This document shows, in pieces, positions 53,496 through 61,242 of a DNA stretch of 61,242 nucleotides. Source of the DNA: a virus (Duplodnaviria; Caudoviricetes); IMG/VR virus record IMGVR_UViG_3300034116_001288, positions 1 to 61,242 of that record. The stretch is one strand, 5' to 3'. Both the position numbers and the translations under genes were made by a program. Position 1 is the stretch's first letter. Each line of letters begins with the position of its first letter. Below the pieces are notes generated by a model. The model was not told the DNA's origin and did not search any database. It saw only the letters and a program-made list of their open reading frames with translations.

Positions 53496-54053
53496 ATGGA
53501 CAGAATAACGGCATCGGTAGACGTTCGCGAGTTTATGGCTGCATTGCAGGCATACGAGAAGGAATCGTCGCGAGATTTGAAAACCGTTGTGAAATCAACA
53601 GCAATAGATGTTGCGTTTAAAGCCAATCAGTCAGCAACGGCAGCAAAGAAATCGTCGATTCCCAATCTGAAAACCGGGCTTTTTAACGCGCTGGCAGCAA
53701 AGGCCGGATTTACTCGCGGCAATGGAAACCAAAGGGAGGCCGAACGTCTTTACAATCGCCGCATCTCTGCGATCAAATACAGCAAATCGCTGTTTCTGAA
53801 GATGGCGCAGGATCTTGGCGCAAAGGTCGCATCGCTTCGCAAGAAAATCGAAAACGCAGGAGCCGAGGACAAAGGCACGATTTTGATTCCGGCCATTGAA
53901 CTTACAATTGAAGGCGTTGACATGGACCACGCCAACAAAGTCTTGGCTCCAGCATTGCAGGAGGGCGTCAATAAAAGCGCGGCGAAGATGCGCCAGCGAA
54001 TCGCGGACAAGATCGCCAAACGCGCACAGGCTCATTCGGGAAGAGGAAGGTGA
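53496..54053 (+). CDS. Basic neck / tail completion protein
   Basis: Lys/Arg/Ala-rich, counterpart of 14962-15654. Confidence 0.55.
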   Translation: MDRITASVDVREFMAALQAYEKESSRDLKTVVKSTAIDVAFKANQSATAAKKSSIPNLKTGLFNALAAKAGFTRGNGNQREAERLYNRRISAIKYSKSLFLKMAQDLGAKVASLRKKIENAGAEDKGTILIPAIELTIEGVDMDHANKVLAPALQEGVNKSAAKMRQRIADKIAKRAQAHSGRGR

Positions 54054-54466
54054 TGCAACGCTTCTCAATCAAGGCTCTTTCCTCGATGTTTCGCACCAAC
54101 CGCGAGACAGTGGAAAAACGCGCCTCGCACCTGGGGCTGAAGTTTGAAGAAGGCGACAAGGGAGCGAAGCTTTACGACATCTTTGAAATCGCCCAGCTTC
54201 GTCCTCCACCAGCTCGCAGTGAAGGGGCAATGTCTTTAGAGGAGGCGAGGACGCGAGAGGCTACAGCGCGTGCTGAGGGGCTAGAAATGGACAATGCGCG
54301 AAAGAGGCGGGAGCTTGCCAACGTGGACGAGCTAATGGCCGCGCAAAATGTCCTCTTCGACGAGATCGCCGCAATGATCAAGAAATCGAAAATGACCGAC
54401 GCTGAAAAGGAGGATTGTCTGAGCGTGATTTCATCGGTTCCTCGAAAGTGCTGGGGCGAGCTTTGA
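54050..54466 (+). CDS. terS: Probable terminase small subunit (DUF1441/Nu1-like)
   Basis: FSIKALS..F..NRETV.KR HTH, G.KGAKLY, EARTR...A.AE.LE..NA..R.EL coiled coil. Confidence 0.6.
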   Translation: MMQRFSIKALSSMFRTNRETVEKRASHLGLKFEEGDKGAKLYDIFEIAQLRPPPARSEGAMSLEEARTREATARAEGLEMDNARKRRELANVDELMAAQNVLFDEIAAMIKKSKMTDAEKEDCLSVISSVPRKCWGEL

Positions 54467-54470
54467 AGCG

Positions 54471-54528
54471 AGAAAAAAAGGTTACATTTTTCTCTTGCAT
54501 GGGTGTAACCTTAGGTTACATTGAACCC
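54471..54528 (+). promoter_or_regulatory. sigma70-like promoter with palindromic operator, copy 1
   Basis: TTGCAT-16nt-TACATT. TGTAACC-TTA-GGTTACA at 54504-54520. Leaderless ATG at 54529. Confidence 0.7.
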
Positions 54529-54744
54529 ATGAACAAGAACACCACCGCAATGATCGAAATCAAAGACCCCGCAGACAAAAACAACATTTTGGTTTTTCGC
54601 AAAACGAATCAGCCAGCAGGTCTTCAACCCGTCGGAATTATTCATTGTTTCTGTGCCACCGAATGGGAGGCTATCGGAGCCGCCGGAAATCACATCGGGT
54701 GGTTCATTTCAAAAAAGGAAGCTCTTAAAAGCCTAGTTGCATAA
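54529..54744 (+). CDS. Small hypothetical protein (AT-rich moron)
   Basis: ORF directly behind promoter copy 1. Confidence 0.65.
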   Translation: MNKNTTAMIEIKDPADKNNILVFRKTNQPAGLQPVGIIHCFCATEWEAIGAAGNHIGWFISKKEALKSLVA

Positions 54745-54767
54745 TATTATGCAACTAGTTGCATAAT
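54733..54767. repeat. Nested perfect palindromes (three alternating CTAGTTGCATAAT half-sites)
   Basis: CTAGTTGCATAATATTATGCAACTAG (26 bp) overlapping ATTATGCAACTAGTTGCATAAT (22 bp). Confidence 0.9.
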
Positions 54768-54849
54768 TTCCAGCGAAAAGCCCCGCGCGGCAAGCTTGGC
54801 CCAGACAAGGCTGCGCTTGCCGCTTTTTGGGGTAACGCGCAAAGAAAAG

Positions 54850-54906
54850 AGAAAAAAAGTTACCTTTTTTGTTTGCGCGGGAGTCACTTTATGTTACATT
54901 TAAAAC
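54850..54906 (+). promoter_or_regulatory. sigma70-like promoter/operator, copy 2
   Basis: AGAAAAAAAGTTAC...TTGCGC-16nt-TACATT, leaderless ATG at 54907. Confidence 0.7.
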
Positions 54907-55068
54907 ATGAACAACACCGCAACCGAAGCCAAAGCAAAAATCAAAGCAATCCTTGAAGCCAAGTTTTTGGATTTGGTCAAACAAGGAATGGATCCAAAAG
55001 CCGCCTTTGCTGACGTGATGGGAGCTTTTGAAAAACAATTCCCGGGCCTCGTCGAAAAACTTGCGTGA
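54907..55068 (+). CDS. 53-aa helical protein (not in the ORF track)
   Basis: MNNTATEAKAKIKAILEAKFLDLVKQGMDPKAAFADVMGAFEKQFPGLVEKLA*. Confidence 0.7.
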   Translation: MNNTATEAKAKIKAILEAKFLDLVKQGMDPKAAFADVMGAFEKQFPGLVEKLA

Positions 55069-55078
55069 TTCGCAAAGC

Positions 55079-55285
55079 ATGACCGCCCCCGAATACAAAA
55101 CCCTCCGCGAAAAGCTCGCCCTTACTCAGGGCGGGCTTGCCTCGCGTTTAGGCGTGACGCGTAAAACCATCAACGCTCGCGAAACCGGAGCCGTTCGCAT
55201 CAGCGAAGAGGCTGCGCTGGCCCTTGAGTCGCTGGTCTTTATGGAGCCGAAACCGGCATCGGAACCTGCTTGCCAATCGTCGTAG
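55079..55285 (+). CDS. XRE/Cro-family HTH regulator
   Basis: MT..EYK.LRE.L.LTQ..LA..LGV...TI.ARE.G. Confidence 0.85.
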   Translation: MTAPEYKTLREKLALTQGGLASRLGVTRKTINARETGAVRISEEAALALESLVFMEPKPASEPACQSS

Positions 55286-56684
55286 GAAGCCCTGCCGCCT
55301 CAAGCTTGGCGTTGTCGGCCTCGTTCTCGGCAATGATTTTGTCGATGTTCAAGCCGCGATCCTTGGCCGCGCGTTCGCGAGAGTTGAGTGAGAGGGCGAT
55401 TTCTCGCTCGATGGCCTCGATGTCGCCAACTGGATCAACCCAAGTCCAAGTCCTGCCAGAGAACTCGACATGGGAAAGACGGTCAAAGTCGAGGAGGCTA
55501 TAGCCTTCAATCCTGCCCATCAAGAGCGCCATTCGTAGCCAACGCTCGAAAAGCGGAATCTCAAAAGTGTCGATGAACCACGAATGGAGAATCTTGTAAA
55601 TGTCGCGCTCTGAAAGTACGCCCTGCCTAATGCTAGAGTAAGAAACGCCCTCCAAGTCTTGCGCCCATGTGTTGTAATTGACGTAGATGCCGGGGCTGAC
55701 TCCGCGCAGAATGGCCTTGCGGAAATCAGGCATCGCGCTATTCGGATGCGCCGGATCAATCATTTGGGCCTCGACGCCGTGGGGCAACGTCTCAAACGTG
55801 CCTGGTGCGGAAGGCGCAATGGCCTTGCCGTCATCGTCCTCGTCGCCAGTGTATTGGGCCTCGCCCGTCTGCTTGAAAAAGCCTAGCTTGTTGGCGCTGA
55901 TACGGGCGGCAATTACCTCGGCCTCTTCAAACTTGGCAAGATGACGAAGGCGAAGTAGGGCGTTGGCCAGCCACGAATAGCCTTGGCTCTGGTTGATTCG
56001 ACGCGCCAAGAATGTGTGGATCATGTTGTCACCAGGCACTGCGAATGTTTCGCGCGTATACCTGCCGCTCTTAGGATCCATTTTCCTAAGGTGGTATTTG
56101 ATCGGCTCGTCCCACTCGTCAAACTCCACGCCCATGTAGATGCGAGCGGCATCGTTTCGGTGATGCGGATCGAGCGCGTCGATCTCGATGCCCTGCGCAG
56201 CAAAGCGGAAATCGTTTTTCGGAAAGCCCTCGATGGTGCGGGTCAAAAAGCCGCCATCGCGAACCGCAGACCGCAAGGCGAGACGCTCAAAAGCAGCGCG
56301 TGAAAACTGGCGCGTGACATCGAAATTGCCACGCCGGGAGAAATCCTCCCAAGCCTCCTCAACCTTCGCTCTCGCGTTGTTGTCGGCGCTATTGGACAAG
56401 CCTTTTTTGCTTCTCGCATCTGCTCGACGGGCAAGCGATTTCATGCGGATACCATGCTGGCCGATGACGTTGGATTCCAAAGCCATTAACGCGCCCTCGA
56501 TGTAGCCGTCATTCCGCTCAGAATCCCGCGCACGGTCGCGCAGTGACTTGGCATCCTGCTTGATCGCGTTATCCGCTGGGCCTGTTCCTGCGACCCAATC
56601 GTTCGTGTATCGAGTCCCCTTGGCCGCGTCAAAATTGCGAGCGCGGATGGGCTTGTTGTTGGGCCCGTAGAGAAGAGGTTTCAT
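55239..56684 (-). CDS. Portal protein, lambda family (phage B)
   Basis: LRDRARD..RND, NVIG, RDGG, MGVEFD, SYSSIR, WVDP. Confidence 0.93.
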   Translation of the reverse strand: MKPLLYGPNNKPIRARNFDAAKGTRYTNDWVAGTGPADNAIKQDAKSLRDRARDSERNDGYIEGALMALESNVIGQHGIRMKSLARRADARSKKGLSNSADNNARAKVEEAWEDFSRRGNFDVTRQFSRAAFERLALRSAVRDGGFLTRTIEGFPKNDFRFAAQGIEIDALDPHHRNDAARIYMGVEFDEWDEPIKYHLRKMDPKSGRYTRETFAVPGDNMIHTFLARRINQSQGYSWLANALLRLRHLAKFEEAEVIAARISANKLGFFKQTGEAQYTGDEDDDGKAIAPSAPGTFETLPHGVEAQMIDPAHPNSAMPDFRKAILRGVSPGIYVNYNTWAQDLEGVSYSSIRQGVLSERDIYKILHSWFIDTFEIPLFERWLRMALLMGRIEGYSLLDFDRLSHVEFSGRTWTWVDPVGDIEAIEREIALSLNSRERAAKDRGLNIDKIIAENEADNAKLEAAGLPTTIGKQVPMPVSAP

Positions 56685-57217
56685 TCAAATCTGGAGTAAA
56701 TGGTTCGACCGTTGGAAAGGCCAGCGTCTGCGCGAGCCTTGGCGATCTCGGTGTCGAGGTCGCGACGGTATTTGGTCAAAAGCTCGCGAGCGTCCATCAA
56801 GGAGATTTTCGTAATCGGCACGCCGCCGACCGTGTAGGTCTCAAGCCCTCGGCCTTCGTCATCGCTGATTCGGCCCTCAAGGTGCGCTTCCAAAGCCCTG
56901 ACCATTTTCCGCGCATGACTCGGCAGCGGAGCGCGATCCGGCGGGGCTTGTAGCGTGATATTGCCAATGGACTCAACCGACCGAATCCCGGCCACCTCAA
57001 GCGTCAAGGCAACAACGTAGATTCCTGCCGGCAGGTTTGCCGTCTTTTCGGGCGGATAGGTAGCGGTTGCCGTCGTGTCCGATACGGACAGCGCAACGGT
57101 GACAACCTCGCCGGAATCAATGCTGCGAAAATGAGCCGATCCTGTAGCGCCTGACGTTACAGTTGCCGTAAATTCGATGGATTCGCCGCAGAATGCACGG
57201 GAGGGTAAAGCTGCCAT
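56681..57217 (-). CDS. Head-tail adaptor (gpW-like C-terminus)
   Basis: SHARK...LEA.LEGR, YTVGG..I.K, ATGA overlap with the portal. Confidence 0.7.
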   Translation of the reverse strand: MAALPSRAFCGESIEFTATVTSGATGSAHFRSIDSGEVVTVALSVSDTTATATYPPEKTANLPAGIYVVALTLEVAGIRSVESIGNITLQAPPDRAPLPSHARKMVRALEAHLEGRISDDEGRGLETYTVGGVPITKISLMDARELLTKYRRDLDTEIAKARADAGLSNGRTIYSRFE

Positions 57218-57251
57218 GTCGATGCCTCCACAAAACAAAGCCCAATTTCAA
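57218..57251 (-). promoter_or_regulatory. Motif promoter
   Basis: TTGAAA-N9-GTTTTGTGGAGGCATCGAC-ATG. Confidence 0.65.
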
Positions 57252-57261
57252 GGGCTTTTCG

Positions 57262-59145
57262 TTAATCGGCTACGAAATCAAGAGTATATTCGCGCTCTTT
57301 ACCTCTATCTGGCACGTTTTTGGCCGCATATTCGGCGTATTTCTTGGCAATCGTGGCAAAAGCAATGTCGAGCTTTTTCGCGGCAGCAATATTGTAGACG
57401 CGAACGTCGAGCGGTTCGTTTCGGTCGCGCTTGTCCTTCTTGTCGAAGAACTCGTAGAAGCTGCCGTCTTGTCCTTTTTTCAGCGTCACCTTCTCGATCA
57501 AGAGGCGCTGGAAATATTCCGGCGTATAACCATGGCCGCTAGGGAAATGCATGTAATTATGCGGATAGATGGAAGATTTGCGATCTTGGCGCAGGGCCGC
57601 GTTCTGATAAATCATCGACTTGCATTCGTGCGTGCCGATCTCAAAGAACGTTCCGCGCTTTTCCCGTTTCGGCTGTGAGACGATTGGCTTGCCAAGCACG
57701 GTCGAGCCGAAGATGGCGAAGACTCCGCGAGCTTGTCGGACCTTCGTGAAGGCCAGCACCTGGGCCTGCCGGTATTTCGAGTCGATAAAGACGGAGGCAG
57801 CTCGCAGCACCTTGCCGCACGGGTGCAGGAATTCGGTCTGAAGCAGCGCATCGAGCTTCTGCCACACTTCCGGCTCCATCGTGCCGCCGCTCAAAATGTG
57901 ATACCCCAGCCCCCACGTTTGACCGTTCGCACCGTGACCGACAAATTCAAACTCCAAACGGTCGCCTTGAACGTCGCAACCTCCGGTGACAACCAGCACG
58001 CCGGCGGGAATCGTGAACTGGTTTTCAGTCACGCGCTCGAGGTAGTCGTAAGCCTCCTGAGCAAGGCCAACGGGATCGGGCATCTCTTCCTCGGGCGCCT
58101 GGTAGGTTTCAGCGTCGAAGGTGTTAATTAGCACGCGCTTCGCCTTTTCGCGATTGTCTGCCGCCTCAATTTTCAACTCCTCGACCGCAGCCCAGTGCAG
58201 ATGACTCGCAAAGCCCTTTTGGGGAGGATGCGGCGACATCATCCGCGAACCGTGGAAACCTGCGATGCCGTTGAATGGACGCGTGGCCTGCCATCGACCA
58301 TTGCGAATCATCTCCATCCGCTCCGCATCGGAGATCCGACACTCGCTCTCGGGGCATTCAATCCATGCATCCTCGGGCTTGTCGCGGTCATATTTCAATT
58401 GGCGGCGATGCAGAACAAATTCCTTTGAGCAATGCGGACAAGGCGCGATCCAGACTCGCCAATCGCTCTGGAGCATCAGCGCCTCGATCTTGCTTTTGCC
58501 CTTAACGGATGGGTAGCTCGCGGCAATCTTGATTGTGTCCGAATATTCAGAACCTCGGACCCAGAAGATCTCGAGCGGGTCACCTTCGTCGCTCTCGGTC
58601 GATTCGATGGCGTCGATCTCGTCCGCGAAAAGGAAGTTGCCCTTTGCCCTCCGCATCTCACCTGGAGCGTTTGACCCGAAGGCATTCACAAGGCCACCGG
58701 GGAAGAGCTTGTGCAAAATCGTGTTCCCGCTTTTGCGCCGGCCAGAATCGTCTCCGATGAGCGAGGCCAGATCGGGCGTCGGATTGACCAGCTCGCCCAT
58801 GAGCGTTTCTTTTGACCATTTCTCGGTCTGGCTAATCGTTGGATACATGACCAGCACGCGGCGAGGCGCTTCGGCGATGCTGTGGCCGATCTGGTTCATG
58901 ACGACTTCAGTCTTTCCCATGCGCGAGGCGAGCATGTAAACCGTCATCTGGACGCGAGGATCGTAGGGCGCTTCCATCATTTCTCGCTGATACGGGGCGA
59001 AATCGAACCGAAAGCGCCTCCCGCCTTCCATGCGTCGGACCTTCTCAGACCATTCCGGCGCGGTCATGGTGCGCTGAAAACGGAACGCACGCTCTAAGTG
59101 CCTGAGAGTTCCCCGGTAATACCGATCAAGAGCCGCCTCATTCAT
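57262..59145 (-). CDS. terL: Terminase large subunit, lambda GpA family (phage B)
   Basis: APYQREMM, SRMGKT, LFADEID, EGDP, PCPHC, GCDVQ.DRLE, IDS, RNEPLD..VY. Confidence 0.95.
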   Translation of the reverse strand: MNEAALDRYYRGTLRHLERAFRFQRTMTAPEWSEKVRRMEGGRRFRFDFAPYQREMMEAPYDPRVQMTVYMLASRMGKTEVVMNQIGHSIAEAPRRVLVMYPTISQTEKWSKETLMGELVNPTPDLASLIGDDSGRRKSGNTILHKLFPGGLVNAFGSNAPGEMRRAKGNFLFADEIDAIESTESDEGDPLEIFWVRGSEYSDTIKIAASYPSVKGKSKIEALMLQSDWRVWIAPCPHCSKEFVLHRRQLKYDRDKPEDAWIECPESECRISDAERMEMIRNGRWQATRPFNGIAGFHGSRMMSPHPPQKGFASHLHWAAVEELKIEAADNREKAKRVLINTFDAETYQAPEEEMPDPVGLAQEAYDYLERVTENQFTIPAGVLVVTGGCDVQGDRLEFEFVGHGANGQTWGLGYHILSGGTMEPEVWQKLDALLQTEFLHPCGKVLRAASVFIDSKYRQAQVLAFTKVRQARGVFAIFGSTVLGKPIVSQPKREKRGTFFEIGTHECKSMIYQNAALRQDRKSSIYPHNYMHFPSGHGYTPEYFQRLLIEKVTLKKGQDGSFYEFFDKKDKRDRNEPLDVRVYNIAAAKKLDIAFATIAKKYAEYAAKNVPDRGKEREYTLDFVAD

Positions 59146-59157
59146 GTTTAAAACCCA

Positions 59158-60129
59158 TCAAACAGGTTGACCGTGGCTCAACAATACCGGAGCCAACGTC
59201 ACCAGTTGCGAAAATTGCGTTTCTGTTCCCCGGGAGAAGGTCAAGACTGCCGCTGTTGGGAGCGCCACGCTAGCCGCGTCGAGCAATCGCAGCACCTTGG
59301 AAGTGTCGAGCGTCATCGTTACGCCGATGGGGCCAATAAAGGTCTCGGAAACGGTGATCGCCGGGTTCACTCCCACGGCAGTTCGCTTGACCTCGATCTT
59401 GATTGTCTCTCCGGTCGCATCTCTCGCTACCAAAAACTCTCCCGGCTCGATGTCCTCCAGCGCCGTCTCGATTTGATACGTTGAAACATCCGCCGAAAGC
59501 CACATCGTGCCGGTATCGGTCGCGGTCCTGATCTGGAACTTTCCAGCATCCGGCATCCTAGAAATGGTTATGCGGTCATTCTGCGCAACGCTCACGCTAC
59601 CGGTCGCGATGTTTGCAACCGTCACGGCAGCCTCGCTAATGTTGGACGCGCTTGTCACCGCCACAAGCGTCTGAAGGGTTAAATCAATCTCGACCGTCTC
59701 TACGTTGGAAGCCCCGCCAGCGATCAGCGTGAGGGCGCGATTCGTCATCGTTCCAAAGGCGGAATGGGCAATTGCGAAGTCTGCTCTCGCTCCGTTGCTG
59801 CGGAAAGTGACGGTAAAAAGGCCATCTTTTCCCGTCACATCGACACCACCAGCGGAAACGATGGCAGAAAGGCGATTGAGCGCGAGACCCAGCAAATGCG
59901 CGTCAATCCCGGCAGCGGGAAGCTCGACGGTGGACGCGCCCCAGGTGATCGACCAATCGCCAGAGGCAATCGGAACTGCTTTTTCGAGCGCAAGAGACAA
60001 GCTCAACGTATCACTACTGGAAATCTCCAAATGATCCGCAATCAGCTCGACGCTGAGACTGTCACCGGGGCGAATCGCATCAGGCAATCCCCGCACCTGT
60101 CCCTTGTCGTCATAGCGCAATTTGAGCAT
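59158..60129 (-). CDS. Putative baseplate / tail structural protein
   Basis: Resembles the N-terminal half of 20271-22943 by eye. Start reassigned to MLKLRY from the promoter motif. Confidence 0.6.
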   Translation of the reverse strand: MLKLRYDDKGQVRGLPDAIRPGDSLSVELIADHLEISSSDTLSLSLALEKAVPIASGDWSITWGASTVELPAAGIDAHLLGLALNRLSAIVSAGGVDVTGKDGLFTVTFRSNGARADFAIAHSAFGTMTNRALTLIAGGASNVETVEIDLTLQTLVAVTSASNISEAAVTVANIATGSVSVAQNDRITISRMPDAGKFQIRTATDTGTMWLSADVSTYQIETALEDIEPGEFLVARDATGETIKIEVKRTAVGVNPAITVSETFIGPIGVTMTLDTSKVLRLLDAASVALPTAAVLTFSRGTETQFSQLVTLAPVLLSHGQPV

Positions 60130-60199
60130 GTCGGACGCCTCGACAAAACGCCGCGCAAAATCAAGTTGAAAATCCCCGTTGTTTTGTGGAGGCATCGAC
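60130..60199. promoter_or_regulatory. Back-to-back divergent motif promoter pair
   Basis: Minus: TTGATT-N9-GTTTTGTCGAGG, ATG 35 nt on. Plus: TTGAAA-N9-GTTTTGTGGAGG, ATG 34 nt on. Shared CAAGTTG core. Confidence 0.7.
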
Positions 60200-61242
60200 A
60201 TGCCCGACTCTCCCGTCATCTCTGGCGTTGCCGATCTGCCTAAATTCTATTTCGCGGAGGGCGCACCGTTCCGATTGAGCCTGACCATCGGCGCGGAATT
60301 TTCGATGACGGGAAAATTCGTCACCTTCGGAATGCGTGCGCGATCCGGCACGGTCAGACGGGTTTTCGGGACGGATTCCGGCGAGTCGAATCTAACCATC
60401 GCGGGGCAGGTGATTACGTTCAACGTTGCGACAACCGACGCGACTGTCCCGGCCTTTGCTTCGGGCTGGACGTTGGAAGATGTCCAAGCCAAGGGCGAAA
60501 CAGAATATTGGGTGGACATCTCCGCGACCGAAGGCAGTGACGTTCTGTTGCGCCTACAAGGCCAAGCCGATTGGGTGGCACCTGGATCTGACATCGCTGA
60601 ATCTTCCGCTGTTGTCGCCTCGCCAGCCATTGATGTAAACATCACCAGCGGTGCGGTATCGGCATCGGTTGCAGTTATCGGAGGCGGCGGCGATTTGTTC
60701 GGGCCAGCCAGCGCGACCGACAATGCGATTGCCCGATATGACCTAACAACAGGGAAGCAAATTCAAAATTCTGGCATCACCATAGCGGACGGCGCTTCCG
60801 GCACACTAGCGGGTAGCAATTCCGGCGACGTTACGCTAGCAGGAACGCCCGACTATCTGACCATCGCCAATCAAGTCATCACGCGCAGCAACGTCAATTT
60901 GGCATCGCATGTTACCGGCACGCTTCCAGTTGCTAACGGCGGCACTGGGCAGACCGCTTTAAGCTCAATCGACGCCGCCGATTTTGGTTCGGGAGCCGCA
61001 GTGGATAATTACATTTTGGCAGCCGACGGTTCAAGTGGCGCCGCTTGGGAGTCGCCAGCCGCGTTAGGTATTGTCGCCACAAATTCAAGCGCATCATTAA
61101 AAGACCTCGCGCTTGATCCTGACGCCTTGACGGGGAGTCTTGCAACGAGCGCGCTGAATGTAACGCAGACTTGGAATACGACGGGCAATCCGACCTTGCT
61201 GAAAGGCTACGTCACCAATACCGCAAGCGGATCAGGTGCAAA
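60200..61242 (+). CDS. Tail fibre of phage B, 5' part (continues in frame at 27135-27858 on the circle, 588 aa total)
   Basis: Open to the window end. GPASATDNAIARYD, G.NSGDVTL and VTGTLPVANGGTG motifs, then SSASLKDLALDPD shared with the other fibre. Confidence 0.85.
   Translation, partial: MPDSPVISGVADLPKFYFAEGAPFRLSLTIGAEFSMTGKFVTFGMRARSGTVRRVFGTDSGESNLTIAGQVITFNVATTDATVPAFASGWTLEDVQAKGETEYWVDISATEGSDVLLRLQGQADWVAPGSDIAESSAVVASPAIDVNITSGAVSASVAVIGGGGDLFGPASATDNAIARYDLTTGKQIQNSGITIADGASGTLAGSNSGDVTLAGTPDYLTIANQVITRSNVNLASHVTGTLPVANGGTGQTALSSIDAADFGSGAAVDNYILAADGSSGAAWESPAALGIVATNSSASLKDLALDPDALTGSLATSALNVTQTWNTTGNPTLLKGYVTNTASGSGA
61084..61242 (+). repeat. 159-bp direct repeat, copy 2
   Basis: The last 127 bp (61116-61242) are identical to 27008-27134. 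Confidence 0.98.

Larger units (their letters stand above)
26976..61083. mobile_element. Phage B: apparently complete circular or circularly permuted 34,108-bp phage genome
   Basis: The window end repeats 26976-27134 at offset 34,108. The interval holds one full set of packaging, head, tail, lysis, recombination and replication genes, and the fibre ORF reads through the junction in frame. Confidence 0.85.

Noticed and set aside
54733-54758. dif site or protelomerase telRL site
   Set aside because: The spacer and XerD arm do not fit dif, and no protelomerase gene is recognisable. Kept only as an unexplained palindrome.
26976-61242. attL/attR of a prophage or satellite integrated in phage A
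   Set aside because: No integrase, the repeat is coding fibre sequence cut by the contig end, and phage B encodes its own full virion.
1-61242. Alternative genetic code, tRNA or structured ncRNA genes
   Set aside because: Genes tile densely under the standard code with all three stops used. No cloverleaf was recognised by eye, though a covariance search was not possible.

Overview
The window is entirely tailed-phage (Caudoviricetes) DNA and holds two different phage genomes joined end to end. Phage A (1 to ~27,000, partial) is a lambda-like morphogenesis region: terS, GpA-type terL, gpW-like, lambda-type portal, S49 protease with nested scaffold, capsid, endolysin, neck, tail, tape measure, baseplate and fibre genes. 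Phage B appears to be a complete 34,108-bp circle. It carries a second terminase, portal, protease-capsid fusion, tail and lysin set, plus RecT, YqaJ, two DNA methyltransferases, a replication initiator with iterons and a primase-helicase, and no integrase. The last 159 bp (61084-61242) repeat 26976-27134 inside a tail-fibre gene with one mismatch, and the final 127 bp match exactly. This points to a k=127 assembly lasso through a fibre module the two phages share. Main observations: a C5-methyltransferase locus open in two overlapping frames for ~1.2 kb (M.EcoHK31I-like); a phage B promoter motif (TTG-N12-GTTTTGT) 34-36 nt before apparently leaderless start codons, including two back-to-back pairs; a TTGAC element ~19 nt before phage A late genes; scrambled packaging gene order in phage B; a duplicated promoter-operator mini-cassette with nested palindromes; and an integron-cassette-like MTase insert. 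No tRNA, rRNA, CRISPR array or reverse transcriptase was recognised. All functional calls come from motif reading and synteny, not database searches.
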